A stretch of DNA of 38,840 bases from Nitrospirota bacterium (GCA_023475105.1 JAMCWJ010000096.1:1-38840), one strand, 5' to 3'. Positions 9,691-19,275 are shown, counted from the first letter of the stretch. Translations and numbers: made by a program. Notes: generated by a model from the sequence alone, not told the origin.

Positions 9691-10701
9691 ATGAGATTCG
9701 ATGAGAGAGGTACCGTTGTGAGGAGAACGTACGCAGAGGAAGCGCTGACCGACACGGGAGCGTTGGTGGTCTCCGCGCGCCTCCTCCCCTATCGGCGGTT
9801 TGCGCAGGCGGCGTTTATCCTGCTCATACTCCTGATGCCCGTGTTGAATATCCTGCGCTATGATTCCGCTTCAAGGGAGCTGATCCTGTTCGGCCAGGTC
9901 TGGAGTCTCGGGCTGAAGCAGGGCTTTTATGCGGACCATACCGTATCCGGCGCGGGGTATATCGCCGTTCATTTTTTCCTCAGGGCGATACTCCCCTGGG
10001 TCCTCGTCCTTTCGGTCTTCCCGCTCCTGGGGTTTCTCACCGGAAGACTCTTCTGTGGCTGGCTCTGCCCCGAAGGGGCCCTGTTCGAGTGGGCTGATTA
10101 CCTCACCCTGAAGCTTCTCGGAAGAAGAAGCCTCTTCAGGAGGAAAGCGAACGACCCCGGCGAAATGAAAGGCAACCCTGTCTTCTACGGGACCCTCGCG
10201 GTTCTCAGTATCGTGCTCATTCCTCTGTGCGGCGGCATAGCCCTCACCGGATATTTCGTTGCACCGGAGACGATCTGGAACCAGCTCATCCATGGAAGCT
10301 TTACCCCAGGAGTAAGAGCGGGAATCATCGGAGTCTCGATCTACATGCTTACAGGTTCGGTCTTCGTGAGACACACGTTCTGCAAATTCGTCTGCGCCGC
10401 AGGACTGATGCAGACGCTTTTCGGCTGGGTCAGCCCGGTCTCGCTGAGGCTGCGCATGGGCTTTGAAAGGATCGGGGAGTGTACGGACTGCAGGGCCTGC
10501 GAGAAGGCATGCTTCATGAATGTCCTTCCAAGGAAGAACAAGCGGGACATCTCCTGCGTGAACTGCGGCGCCTGCATCGACGCCTGCAACAAGGAACTCG
10601 GGGGGAGAGGCCTTTTCCATTATTCGGCTGGTGAATACAGTCGCGGGGCGCCTGCCGAAAAATGCGGGCGCCCCGCGGTGAAGACGCTTTACGGCGGCTA
10701 G
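9691..10701 (+). CDS. polyferredoxin-type 4Fe-4S membrane protein (NapH/MauN/CcoG-like)
   Basis: Several TM helices. CGWLCPEG motif. Two C-terminal ferredoxin motifs, CTDCRACEKAC and CVNCGACIDAC. The start is ambiguous among ATGs at 9691 and 9701 and a nearby GTG. Confidence 0.7.
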   Translation: MRFDERGTVVRRTYAEEALTDTGALVVSARLLPYRRFAQAAFILLILLMPVLNILRYDSASRELILFGQVWSLGLKQGFYADHTVSGAGYIAVHFFLRAILPWVLVLSVFPLLGFLTGRLFCGWLCPEGALFEWADYLTLKLLGRRSLFRRKANDPGEMKGNPVFYGTLAVLSIVLIPLCGGIALTGYFVAPETIWNQLIHGSFTPGVRAGIIGVSIYMLTGSVFVRHTFCKFVCAAGLMQTLFGWVSPVSLRLRMGFERIGECTDCRACEKACFMNVLPRKNKRDISCVNCGACIDACNKELGGRGLFHYSAGEYSRGAPAEKCGRPAVKTLYGG

Positions 10702-11795
10702 ATGGCCTTGATCCTCCTCAGCGCGCCGACGAAGTTATCGACGAGCAGGGGGTTGAAGTCCCTTGCCGTCGCCTCTTTCATGAGCTGCACTACCTTCGGA
10801 CTTTCGAGCGCCCTCCGGTAAGGCCTTTCGGTCCTCAGGGCATCAAAGAAGTCTGCAATAGCCACTATCTGGCTTATGATGTGCTGGTGATTTCTCCGGC
10901 GCTTTGTCTCAGGGTATCCGCTCCCATCAAATTTCATATGGTGCTCGAAAGCCGCGATCAGGGCGAGTTTCGGAACGTCTGAAAGGGTAGCAAGGTACCG
11001 CGCACCGAAGACGGGATGGGTCTTGATGGCGTTCCACTCCTCCAGATCCAGTTTTGTTACCTTCTCCAGGACCTCCTTTGAGACAAACAGCTTCCCCACA
11101 TCATGAAGAAGCCCGGCAAGGCCGACATCATGAAGATTCTCGCCTTTCATGCCCAGGGCTTCTGCCTGAAATATGGCAAGCACCGAGACGTTTGTGGCAT
11201 GGACATAGGTGTATTCACTGTAAGATTTCATCGGGCTGACGACGCGAAGAACATTAGTCTCCTTCTTCAGGGTCGTGATGAAGCCGGTAACCGCATCTTC
11301 CAGGCTCACTATGTCCAGTCTTCTAAATTTGGCAATCCCTTGGCAGAGCCCTTTGACCTTTGCGATATTCTCGTTTATCAAGGCGCTCACATCGGTCCCT
11401 GCCGAGTTGAACCTCACCTCCACCATGCCGACGGACAGGTGAGGGCTGGATACAACCTTTTCGGTGGAAGCAACACCGGCGATAAACTTCTTAAATTCCT
11501 CAATGCCGAGCCCCTTCTTTAGGACGATCTTTTCTATCCCTTTCCTCTTAAGTCTCCTTTTAAGACTGCTTATGTGGGTGCCCTTATCGGTGACGGGGCT
11601 GTTATTGAAGACCAGGCTGTCTCCCAGGAGGGTAAGGGTCAAGGTATCGTCAGAATAGAGTTCTTCCGCCACTCTCAGGGCATTTCCAGAGAACTCGCCT
11701 ACGAGGGGGTGCTGCTCAGAATATAATGAACAGTTCGAAAGGGCAGTCATTAAATGGGAAATAAGTTCAGTTACCTTCCCTTGAGACATTGTCAT
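10698..11795 (-). CDS. HD-GYP domain c-di-GMP phosphodiesterase with ~170-aa uncharacterised N-terminal domain (copy 1)
   Basis: HD motif LLHDVGK and the HHMKFDGSGYP (HD-GYP) signature. Converges on the 4Fe-4S gene with stop codons overlapping by 3 nt. Confidence 0.85.
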   Translation of the reverse strand: MTMSQGKVTELISHLMTALSNCSLYSEQHPLVGEFSGNALRVAEELYSDDTLTLTLLGDSLVFNNSPVTDKGTHISSLKRRLKRKGIEKIVLKKGLGIEEFKKFIAGVASTEKVVSSPHLSVGMVEVRFNSAGTDVSALINENIAKVKGLCQGIAKFRRLDIVSLEDAVTGFITTLKKETNVLRVVSPMKSYSEYTYVHATNVSVLAIFQAEALGMKGENLHDVGLAGLLHDVGKLFVSKEVLEKVTKLDLEEWNAIKTHPVFGARYLATLSDVPKLALIAAFEHHMKFDGSGYPETKRRRNHQHIISQIVAIADFFDALRTERPYRRALESPKVVQLMKEATARDFNPLLVDNFVGALRRIKAI

Positions 11796-13974
11796 TCCCT
11801 TTCTGTTTCAGGTTGAGAAGTCTTTCGCTTATTGCTCTGAATCTCTTCAGTTTCTCGCTTATTGTCCTGATCTCATTGTTCTTCGAGGTCAACCCCTTCT
11901 CAAGCAGGGGCTTCACCGCGGAATGAGGGTAGTTGGCGAGGCTCCTGAAGATCTCGGTCTTGAGTTCTTCCATGTCCGATTTATTAAGCATGGTCTTTGA
12001 CTGATAGAGCCTTGTCAGCGCCTCCGCCGCCCTGGGGTCTCCGATATCTCCCAACGCCTTCACTACGGGGATTTTGTAACGCCACTCCCTGCCGAAGAGA
12101 TCCTTCTTTTCGAGGATTTCGAGGAGATAGGGCACCGCCTCCTTGACCCGATGCGCACCTGCCAGTCTCACCACCTGATCCCGCAATGCCAGGTCCTTTG
12201 ACTGCAGGTAAAGTCTGATATATGAAAAGGTTCCGGGGACGTTGAAATGAAGAAGCGTTTTAACCGCCTCGATACTTATCCCTTTCTCCGCGTGTTTTGC
12301 AAGGGCTTCGATGCGGTCGACATAATTCACGCCGCCGCATTCTCTGATGAGATAGATCATATTCCGCACCACATACCACCGGTCGTCATTGAGCCTCCGC
12401 ACCGCGTCAGGGAGGATATCGTTCCTGAATCCCGCGAGTACCGAAAGAAGAAATTTCCTTATCGAGGGGTCTTTCTCCTCAGCAAGGGCGTCAAAGAGAG
12501 GATCGGTGAGATACCGTTTTAGCAGGCCTGCGAGTTTTGTCACCCCTTCCCTTTCAAACCTTCCCCAGAGCTTAAAGGCATCGACCATTTTTGCTATGGA
12601 GTCTTTCGAATAGAAGTAGGACTCGAGCATGCCGGATGCCTGCTCCCGGTATTTTCCGGCAAGGCTGTGGGAGTAAAGGGTGTTGTAGATGTCCGATATC
12701 TCCTCGAATCTCCCGGTCTCCAGAAAATCGCTGCCGAGTTCGGAGAGTTTTGAGAGCAGTGCAAGATAGTCATCCCTGCCTGTCCTATCCGAGTCGAGCA
12801 GTTCGAGCATAATACCGGATGCAACCCTGTCCACTGTTTCATCCCTGCACTCGATTGCCACCTCTTCAAGGATCGGCGACTTCTTCACTTCGAAGCCCCT
12901 GAGCATTCTTTCGATCTCTGCCTGGTATTTGTCCGTAACGAAGGTCTCGAATTGATCTTCGCTAAAAAGTCCCATAATGTGCTCGTCGATCTCCAGATCG
13001 TCCACAAGCCCCTTCTTGTCGACGATAAGGTCAAAAAAGCCCCGCCCTTTTTTTGCGGTGTTTAGCTTATCGATGAGATTCCGCAGACTGTCGGGGATGA
13101 GGGAAGAATGCTCGGCGAAGACGGTCATCATCTTCTCGATGTCGGCCCGCGTGAGCTCTCCGAACAGCCGCGCAGCCTCTCCGGCATCGATGGAGGGGCC
13201 GCTGAATGCCCTCTTAAGGAACTGCTGCTTGATCGTCGGACTGAGATTCTGAACCATCGAGATGAACCGGGTGAAGAGATCCCTGTTGATTCCTGAATCC
13301 TCTTTTTTTCTGAGGTAGGTAGTAATCACCCTGTCGTACGTCACCTCAGGCGTGTCCTGGGCCATCTGACGGTTGATTAAATCGGCGATATCCTCGGGGG
13401 CCACACTGAGGAGCACTCCCTCCGCATCTCCCTCCGCAAGTCTTCCCTCAAGAAGACCGTACACGTAATCTTCCCAGATTTTGGTCTCATCGCCATCCTG
13501 CCGAAGGGAGTCCTCGACAAAGCCGAACTTCGAAATGTCCAGAGCGGTCAGCACAACGTGTTTGAGGCCTTTTTCCTGCGTAAGCTCCGCGAGGGTCTTG
13601 CCCGTGGGCATGTCCTTCGCCGTAATCAGCTCATGCAGTCCGAGAAGCTCCTCCACCCCTAGCCCCGAATAAAAGGTGATGGCCGCGATTCCCCTGTTGT
13701 GAACACTGAGCGCAAATTCCTTAAATACAGGGTTTTTCCTGTCCAGAGTATATTCATCTACTACAAGGGTATCCTTCGCGATGCCGATGGTGATGCTGCT
13801 TCTGAGTTCAAAGAGTTTCTTGAGGAACTCGAAGGCTTTTTCTATGGATTCTCTGGTTATAGGATGTTCCGGGGGATAAAGGCTGACACTTCTCCTCGAG
13901 ATATTGAGCTCGATGACCGCATCGGAAAGAAGCTTGGCGTCGATCGGGAGCTTCTCACTTCTCTTCTCTTCCAT
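11767..13974 (-). CDS. 735-aa protein with uncharacterised N-terminal region and C-terminal HEAT/PBS-lyase-like repeats (copy 1, intact)
   Basis: Repeats of the AVPYLLEILEKKD...VVKALGDIGDPRAAEAL type in the last ~250 aa. Overlaps the HD-GYP gene start by 29 nt. No GGDEF or EAL motifs. Confidence 0.7.
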   Translation of the reverse strand: MEEKRSEKLPIDAKLLSDAVIELNISRRSVSLYPPEHPITRESIEKAFEFLKKLFELRSSITIGIAKDTLVVDEYTLDRKNPVFKEFALSVHNRGIAAITFYSGLGVEELLGLHELITAKDMPTGKTLAELTQEKGLKHVVLTALDISKFGFVEDSLRQDGDETKIWEDYVYGLLEGRLAEGDAEGVLLSVAPEDIADLINRQMAQDTPEVTYDRVITTYLRKKEDSGINRDLFTRFISMVQNLSPTIKQQFLKRAFSGPSIDAGEAARLFGELTRADIEKMMTVFAEHSSLIPDSLRNLIDKLNTAKKGRGFFDLIVDKKGLVDDLEIDEHIMGLFSEDQFETFVTDKYQAEIERMLRGFEVKKSPILEEVAIECRDETVDRVASGIMLELLDSDRTGRDDYLALLSKLSELGSDFLETGRFEEISDIYNTLYSHSLAGKYREQASGMLESYFYSKDSIAKMVDAFKLWGRFEREGVTKLAGLLKRYLTDPLFDALAEEKDPSIRKFLLSVLAGFRNDILPDAVRRLNDDRWYVVRNMIYLIRECGGVNYVDRIEALAKHAEKGISIEAVKTLLHFNVPGTFSYIRLYLQSKDLALRDQVVRLAGAHRVKEAVPYLLEILEKKDLFGREWRYKIPVVKALGDIGDPRAAEALTRLYQSKTMLNKSDMEELKTEIFRSLANYPHSAVKPLLEKGLTSKNNEIRTISEKLKRFRAISERLLNLKQKGNDNVSREGN

Positions 13975-14184
13975 CTTTGTTCGTCCCCATCAGACTGAGC
14001 AACTGTCCCCGGACTCCTCTATAATACTACTAATAGCGGAATCTTTAAAGAATCTTTTTTGTCGCGTGATAATTCGACCGGAGGCCCAGCAGGAGCCGGG
14101 CTGAGGTTCCGGGGATTCCCGGCAGGGGGTGGAGATGCGACCGGAAGACTTCTATTTCACAGGTGTGAGGATTCTTTACGGCGG

Positions 14185-15309
14185 TTAGATAGCCTTGATC
14201 CTCTTCAGCGCGCCGACGAAGTTATCGACGAGCAGGGGGTTGAAGTCCCTTCCCGCCGCCGCTTTCATAAACTCGACTGTCGGGCCGATGTCGAGGGCCC
14301 TCCGGTAAGACCTCTCTGTCCTCAGTGCGTCGAAAAAGTCGGCTATTGCGACCATCTGGCTCGCGATATGCTGTCTCTTCCCCCGCCTCTTCGTATCGGG
14401 ATACCCGTTTCCGTTGAATTTCATGTGGTGTTCGAAGGCGGCGATGACCGAAAGTTTCGGCGCGTCCGGGAGTGTTGCAAGATATCGTGCTCCAAGTACC
14501 GGATGCCGCTTTATGGCGTCCCATTCGGTCTCGCTGAGCTTTTCCGTCTTTTCAAGCACCCCTTTCGGTACGAACAACTTCCCCACGTCGTGGAGCAGAG
14601 CTGCAAGACCGAGGTCGTGAAGACTTTCTCCCTGTATCCCCAGGGCCTCTGCCTGGAACATGGTGAGCACCGAAACATTCGTGGCATGCACATAGGTATA
14701 CCCGCTGTAAGACTTCACCGGACTGATTATCCGGAGCACGTTCATCTCCCTTTTCAATGTCGAGATGAATCCCGCCACGGCATCCTCGAGGCTCACCACC
14801 TCCAGTCTTCTGAACTTGGCGACCCCCTGGTAGATCTCCCTGACCTTCGTGATATTTTCGTTTACGAGATCGCTGATATCGACTCCCTCGGCCTTGAATT
14901 TCACCTCGACCATACCCACCGAAACATGTGGGGAGGAGAGCACCCTCTCCCCCGAGACGGCGCGGGCTATGAACTGTTTCAGCTCTTCGAGATCCACCCC
15001 TTTCCGTATCACGATTTTCTCTATCCCTTTCTTCCTCATCCTTTTTTTGAAACTGTCGATATGCGTGCCGGTTTCCTTCACCGGGTTGTCATTTGCGACA
15101 AGACTGTCCCCGAGGAGGGTGAGACTTATCAGGTTGTCGCTGTAGAACCCTTCCATCAGCTCGAGGGCCTTTTGAGCAAACGCGTCGACCAGGGGGTGTC
15201 TCTCCGAGTAGAGGGAACAGTTCGAAAGGGAGGTCACGAGGTGAGAGATGAGTTCAGTTGGGTCCTTCGCGGTCATGGCCCTCTCCTTTGTTCCTGAGGA
15301 ATTTTTCAC
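14185..15309 (-). CDS. HD-GYP domain phosphodiesterase (copy 2, paralog of 10698..11795)
   Basis: About 70% aa identity to copy 1 by eye. HHMKFNGNGYP and LLHDVGK motifs are conserved. The last ~65 nt of the 3' end are near-identical to copy 1. Confidence 0.85.
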   Translation of the reverse strand: MKNSSGTKERAMTAKDPTELISHLVTSLSNCSLYSERHPLVDAFAQKALELMEGFYSDNLISLTLLGDSLVANDNPVKETGTHIDSFKKRMRKKGIEKIVIRKGVDLEELKQFIARAVSGERVLSSPHVSVGMVEVKFKAEGVDISDLVNENITKVREIYQGVAKFRRLEVVSLEDAVAGFISTLKREMNVLRIISPVKSYSGYTYVHATNVSVLTMFQAEALGIQGESLHDLGLAALLHDVGKLFVPKGVLEKTEKLSETEWDAIKRHPVLGARYLATLPDAPKLSVIAAFEHHMKFNGNGYPDTKRRGKRQHIASQMVAIADFFDALRTERSYRRALDIGPTVEFMKAAAGRDFNPLLVDNFVGALKRIKAI

Positions 15310-17424
15310 TCATCGTCCGTATCTCTTTGTCCCGTGAAGTGAGCCCGCGTTCAAGAAGGGGCCTCACAGAGGCCGGCGGATACTGGGAGAGGCTCTTCAG
15401 GATCTCGCCCCTTATCTCCTCCATCCTGCTTCGGTAAAGCAGGCTCCTGGCGCGGCATAGCCTCATGAGCGCATCCAGCGCCCTGGGGTCTCCTATCTCT
15501 CCGAGCGCCCTCACCACGGAAAGCTTGTAATGAAGTTCGATGCCGAAAAGGTCCTTCCGTTCGAGTATTTCGAGAAGGTAAGGGACCGCCTCCCTCACCT
15601 TGTACGCACCCGCAAGCCGTATTATTTGGTCCCGTAACTCGAGGTCTTTGGACTGAAGGAAGAACCTGACGTAGGGAAAAGCCCCGGGGATACCGAAGTG
15701 CAGGAGGGTCTTCGTCGCTTCGACGCTTATCCTCTTGTCCGGATGTTTCGCCAGCGGCTTGACACGGCCGACGTGCTGTATGCCTCCGCACTCCCTGATA
15801 AGGTATATCATGTTTCTCACCACATACCACCGGGCATCGTTCAGTCTTCTCGCCGCCTCCGGGACTATGTCGGTCCTGAAGGCGGCCAGCACGGAAAGGA
15901 AGAACTTCCTTGTCGAAGGATCGGCCTCTCCCGCAAGGGCGTCCAGCAGGGGGTCGGTCAGAGAGCGCTTCAGAACCCGTGCGATACGCATTACCCCTTC
16001 CCTGTTAAGTCTTCCCCAGAGCTTGAACGCCTCGACGAGCTTCGCAAGTGAACGCCTCCGAAGTGAAGGAATACTGGATCATCGCTGCAGCCTCTTCCCT
16101 GAACCTCCCGTTGAGGGCCTCCGAGTAAAGGGCGTTGTAAATCTCGGTGATCTCCTCGAATCTACCGGTCACGAGAAATTCCAACGAGACCTGCAAGCTT
16201 CGTGAGGAGCGCAAGGTACCCTTCCCTGTCCGTGGAGTCAGAGCCGATGAGTTCGATCAGCACCTCGGCGGTCACGCGGTCGATCGTCTCATCCCGGCAC
16301 TCGGCCTTCACTTCCTCCGGCACACGCGACCTCCGGCTGTCGAAGCCTCTCAGCATCCGCTCGAGCTCCTCCTGATATCGCTCTGCAACGAAGCTCTTGA
16401 ATCCGTCCTCGGTGAAAAGCCCCAATATCTCCTCGTCGATCTCGAGGTCGTCCACAACGCCTTTCTCTTCCGCGAGCAGATCGAAGAATCCGTTTCCCCT
16501 CTTGGAAGCTGTCAGCTTATCGATGGTGTTCCTCAGGCTCTCGGGAATGAAGGAGGAGTGCTCGGTGAAAATCCTCATCACCTTCTCTATATCGGACTGC
16601 ATCAGCCCGTTGAATAGCTCTTCGGCCTCCTTCGTGTCGATCTGCGGATAACTGAATGACCTCCTCAGAAACTGCTCCTTGAGCTTCGGATTGAGGTCCT
16701 CAACCATCGAGATAAACCGTGTGAAGAGCTCCCGGTTGAAGCCCGAGTTCTCTTTCCTTCTCAGGTAGCCCGTGATCACTCTGTCGTAAGTCTTTTCCGG
16801 AGCGTTTTCGGGTATCTGTTCGTTGAGGAAGGAGGCAATGTTCCCCGGGGGCAAGGCGAGGAGCACCCCCTCGGCCTCCGAATCGGCGAGCTTCCCCTCG
16901 AGCAGTCCGTACACATAATCTTCCCATATCGCGCCTTCGGGGCCGGTCTCTCTCAGGGAATCCTCTACGAAACCGAACTTCGAAATATCGATGGGGATGA
17001 GGCCCAGGTGCGTGAGACCGTCCTTTCCTGCTCGTTCGGCCAGGGCCTTCCCCACAGGGGCCTCCTTCGAGGTGATCAGCTTCTGCAGACCGACGAGTTC
17101 GTCCCTTTCAAGCCCCGTATAAAAAGTGATCGCCGCGATTCCCTTGCGGTGTATGCTGAGGGCGAATTCCCTGTAGACGGGGTTCTTCCTCTCGAGGGTA
17201 TATTCGTCGATCACGAGCGTGTCTTTTGCAACGCCGATCGTGATGCTGCTCCTCAGTTCGAAGAGCTTCCGGAGGAACTGAAAGGCCTTATCGATCGACT
17301 CCCGGGCGATGGGATGTTCCGGGGGATAGAGGCCGACACTCCGCCTCGAAATGTTGAGCTCGATGACCGCATCGGAAAGAAGCTTGGCGTCGATCGGAAG
17401 CTTCCCGCTTCTCTTCTCTTCCAC
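15254..17424 (-). pseudogene. HEAT-repeat protein gene, copy 2, disrupted by two frameshifts (ORF fragments 16162..17424, 16005..16214, 15254..15991)
   Basis: The three ORF fragments are collinear with the copy-1 protein (N-terminal 420 aa, middle 69 aa, C-terminal 245 aa). Frames shift near ~16200 and ~16060-16080. The aligned segment between the conserved CTTCCCCAGAG and GAGTAAAG anchors is 120 nt here (~16008..16127) versus 119 nt in copy 1 (~12559..12677), a net 1-nt indel. Confidence 0.6.
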
Positions 17425-17445
17425 TAATTGTTCGTCCCCCTCAGA

Positions 17446-17476
17446 CTTGAGCAGCTGTCCCCGGACTCCTATATAA
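17446..17476 (+). promoter_or_regulatory. putative sigma70-type promoter for the Clp1-like gene (TTGAGC - 17 nt - TATATAAT)
   Basis: Hexamers read by eye. The sequence is conserved in the duplicated copy at ~14000-14030. Confidence 0.3.
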
Positions 17477-17581
17477 TACTACTAATAGCGAAGTCTTTAA
17501 AGAATCTTTTTTTGTCGTTGGAGTAATTCGACCCGTGGCCCTGCAGGAGCGGCTGACGGTCCCCGGGATTCCCGGCAGGAG

Positions 17582-18472
17582 GTGGAGATGCGACCGGAGG
17601 ACTTCATAACGGACAGGGAGGTCCTCGAAGAATTGGTCGGGCCCCGGAACAGGCTCATAATGGTCCTGGGGGCCTCCGACACGGGGAAAACGGCCCTTGT
17701 TGCAACGCTCGCGGCGTTTCTTTCCGAGCTCGCACCGGCCGCGGTCGTGGATCTGGACATGGGACAGTCCCATATAGGACCTCCGGCAACGATCGCCTGG
17801 GGCAGGATCGACCGGGGGGGCGCGGAGTGGTCGGCTGTCGCTGTCGAAGACTTCTATTTCACGGGAAGCACCACGCCCTTCGGGAATCTTCTGCCGGCTG
17901 TTACCGGCTCAAAGCTCATGACGGACAAGGCCCTTTTCTCGTGCCGGAAGGTTCTGGTCGACACCACGGGGCTCGTTGCGGAACCGGCGGGACGGGCGTT
18001 GAAGCACTTCAAGATCGATCTCCTGGGTCCGGACATCATCCTCGCTCTTGAACATTCAGGCGAGTTGAGCCATATCCTCGACCCCTTCAGGCCGGCGAAA
18101 CACCCTAAGGTATACAGGCTCCTCGCGCCGAAGGGGGCGCGGGCGAAGACATCGGCCGGAAGGAGTCTCTACCGGTTCGAAAAGATGGAGCGTTATTTTG
18201 CGGATTCAGAGGTCCGCGCTGTTCCGATCGATGATGTCGGGATGCGATTCACAAAGGGACCGGCGCCCCCCGGAGCCCTGAAGCACAGGATCGTCTCCTT
18301 CAGGGACGAGGAGAACAGGGACATCGCCCTCGGCCTCGTCGAGGGGGTGAAGGAGGAGGAAGGTCTTCTCCTCATACGCACCCCTTTGGGAGAAGGGAGA
18401 CGCTTCTGCACCCTGGTGGTCGGAAAAACCGAAATGGACAGGGCGAACTCCCTGTTGACCGATGTGCGCTGA
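17582..18472 (+). CDS. Clp1-family P-loop protein (polynucleotide 5'-kinase-like)
   Basis: IMVLGASDTGKTALVATL matches the Clp1 P-loop VMVVGPTDVGKSTLCRLL. VDLDMGQSHIGPPAT matches VELDVGQGSVSIPGT. FYFTGSTTPFGN matches YHFGSTTPGTN. VDTTGLVAEPAGRAL matches NTCGWVKGSGYQAL. The true start may be the second ATG at 17588, which has better AGGAGG spacing. Confidence 0.7.
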   Translation: MEMRPEDFITDREVLEELVGPRNRLIMVLGASDTGKTALVATLAAFLSELAPAAVVDLDMGQSHIGPPATIAWGRIDRGGAEWSAVAVEDFYFTGSTTPFGNLLPAVTGSKLMTDKALFSCRKVLVDTTGLVAEPAGRALKHFKIDLLGPDIILALEHSGELSHILDPFRPAKHPKVYRLLAPKGARAKTSAGRSLYRFEKMERYFADSEVRAVPIDDVGMRFTKGPAPPGALKHRIVSFRDEENRDIALGLVEGVKEEEGLLLIRTPLGEGRRFCTLVVGKTEMDRANSLLTDVR

Positions 18473-18531
18473 GACCGGCCGTGCGCGACGGAGCTTTCTC
18501 CTTTCTTGCCGGGGTCGTCCCTGATGGTATA

Positions 18532-19275
18532 ATGATTTCCGTGAATATCGTTACCGCAAAGGGCCTTACAAAGGATTACGGTCCGCTCAGGGCCGTGGAC
18601 GGCATAGACTTTTCGATCGCGCAGGGGGAATGTTTCGGGTTTCTCGGTCCGAACGGTGCGGGCAAGACGACGGTAATGCGCATCATCTACTGCTTCGTGC
18701 CTCCGTCCTCGGGAGAGGTGCGGGTCTTCGGCATGGAGGTGAAGGAGAGTCCCGGCAGGATAAAGAAGAAAATCGGCGTGATGCCCCAGGAAGACAACCT
18801 CGACCCCGACCTGACCGTCCTCGAAAATCTTGTGGTCTATGCGAGATACTTCGACATCCCGAAGAGCGGATCACTGCGGCTCGCCTCGGAACTGCTCGCA
18901 TTCGTCGAACTCCAGGGCAAGGCAAAGGCGAAGATCGGGGACCTTTCGGGAGGGATGAAACGGAGGCTGATCCTTGCGCGGGCACTGATCAACGAACCGG
19001 AACTGCTCGTCCTCGACGAGCCGACCACCGGCCTCGATCCCCACAGCAGACATTCCGTCTGGGACAAGCTGAATCAGCTGAAGGAAAAGGATACGACCCT
19101 TTTACTCACCACCCATTACATGGAAGAGGCGGAAAAACTCTGCGACAGGGTCGCTATCATGGACGCCGGAAAGATTGTGACGATCGACACCCCCGCATCG
19201 CTTATGCAGCTGCACGGAGGCGACCTTGAAGACGTCTATCTCAAACTGACGGGGAAAGACTTGGTCCTGCCATGA
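18532..19275 (+). CDS. ABC transporter ATP-binding protein (ABC-2/NodI-DrrA-like exporter ATPase)
   Basis: Walker A GPNGAGKTT, signature LSGGMKRRL, Walker B LLVLDEPTTGLD. The ORF tool start at 18481 is probably too early, and the in-frame ATG at 18532 is preferred. Confidence 0.85.
   Translation: MISVNIVTAKGLTKDYGPLRAVDGIDFSIAQGECFGFLGPNGAGKTTVMRIIYCFVPPSSGEVRVFGMEVKESPGRIKKKIGVMPQEDNLDPDLTVLENLVVYARYFDIPKSGSLRLASELLAFVELQGKAKAKIGDLSGGMKRRLILARALINEPELLVLDEPTTGLDPHSRHSVWDKLNQLKEKDTTLLLTTHYMEEAEKLCDRVAIMDAGKIVTIDTPASLMQLHGGDLEDVYLKLTGKDLVLP

Larger units (their letters stand above)
10685..17620. repeat. tandem duplication of a ~3.5-kb unit (HD-GYP gene, HEAT-repeat gene, upstream control region); copies at ~10685-14172 and ~14173-17620
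   Basis: Gene order and protein sequences are paralogous. The intergenic flanks 13975-14170 and 17425-17620 align almost base-for-base, including a TATAAT box and a T-rich tract. Junction scar at 14134-14187 (see findings). Confidence 0.75.

Noticed and set aside
9871-10620. 249-aa ORF on the - strand
   Set aside because: Antisense to the 4Fe-4S membrane protein gene, which has clear Fe-S and TM motifs. No motifs and biased composition.
14059-15297. 412-aa ORF on the + strand
   Set aside because: Entirely antisense to the well-supported HD-GYP copy-2 gene. Arg/Pro/Gly-rich composition typical of a GC-rich antisense frame.
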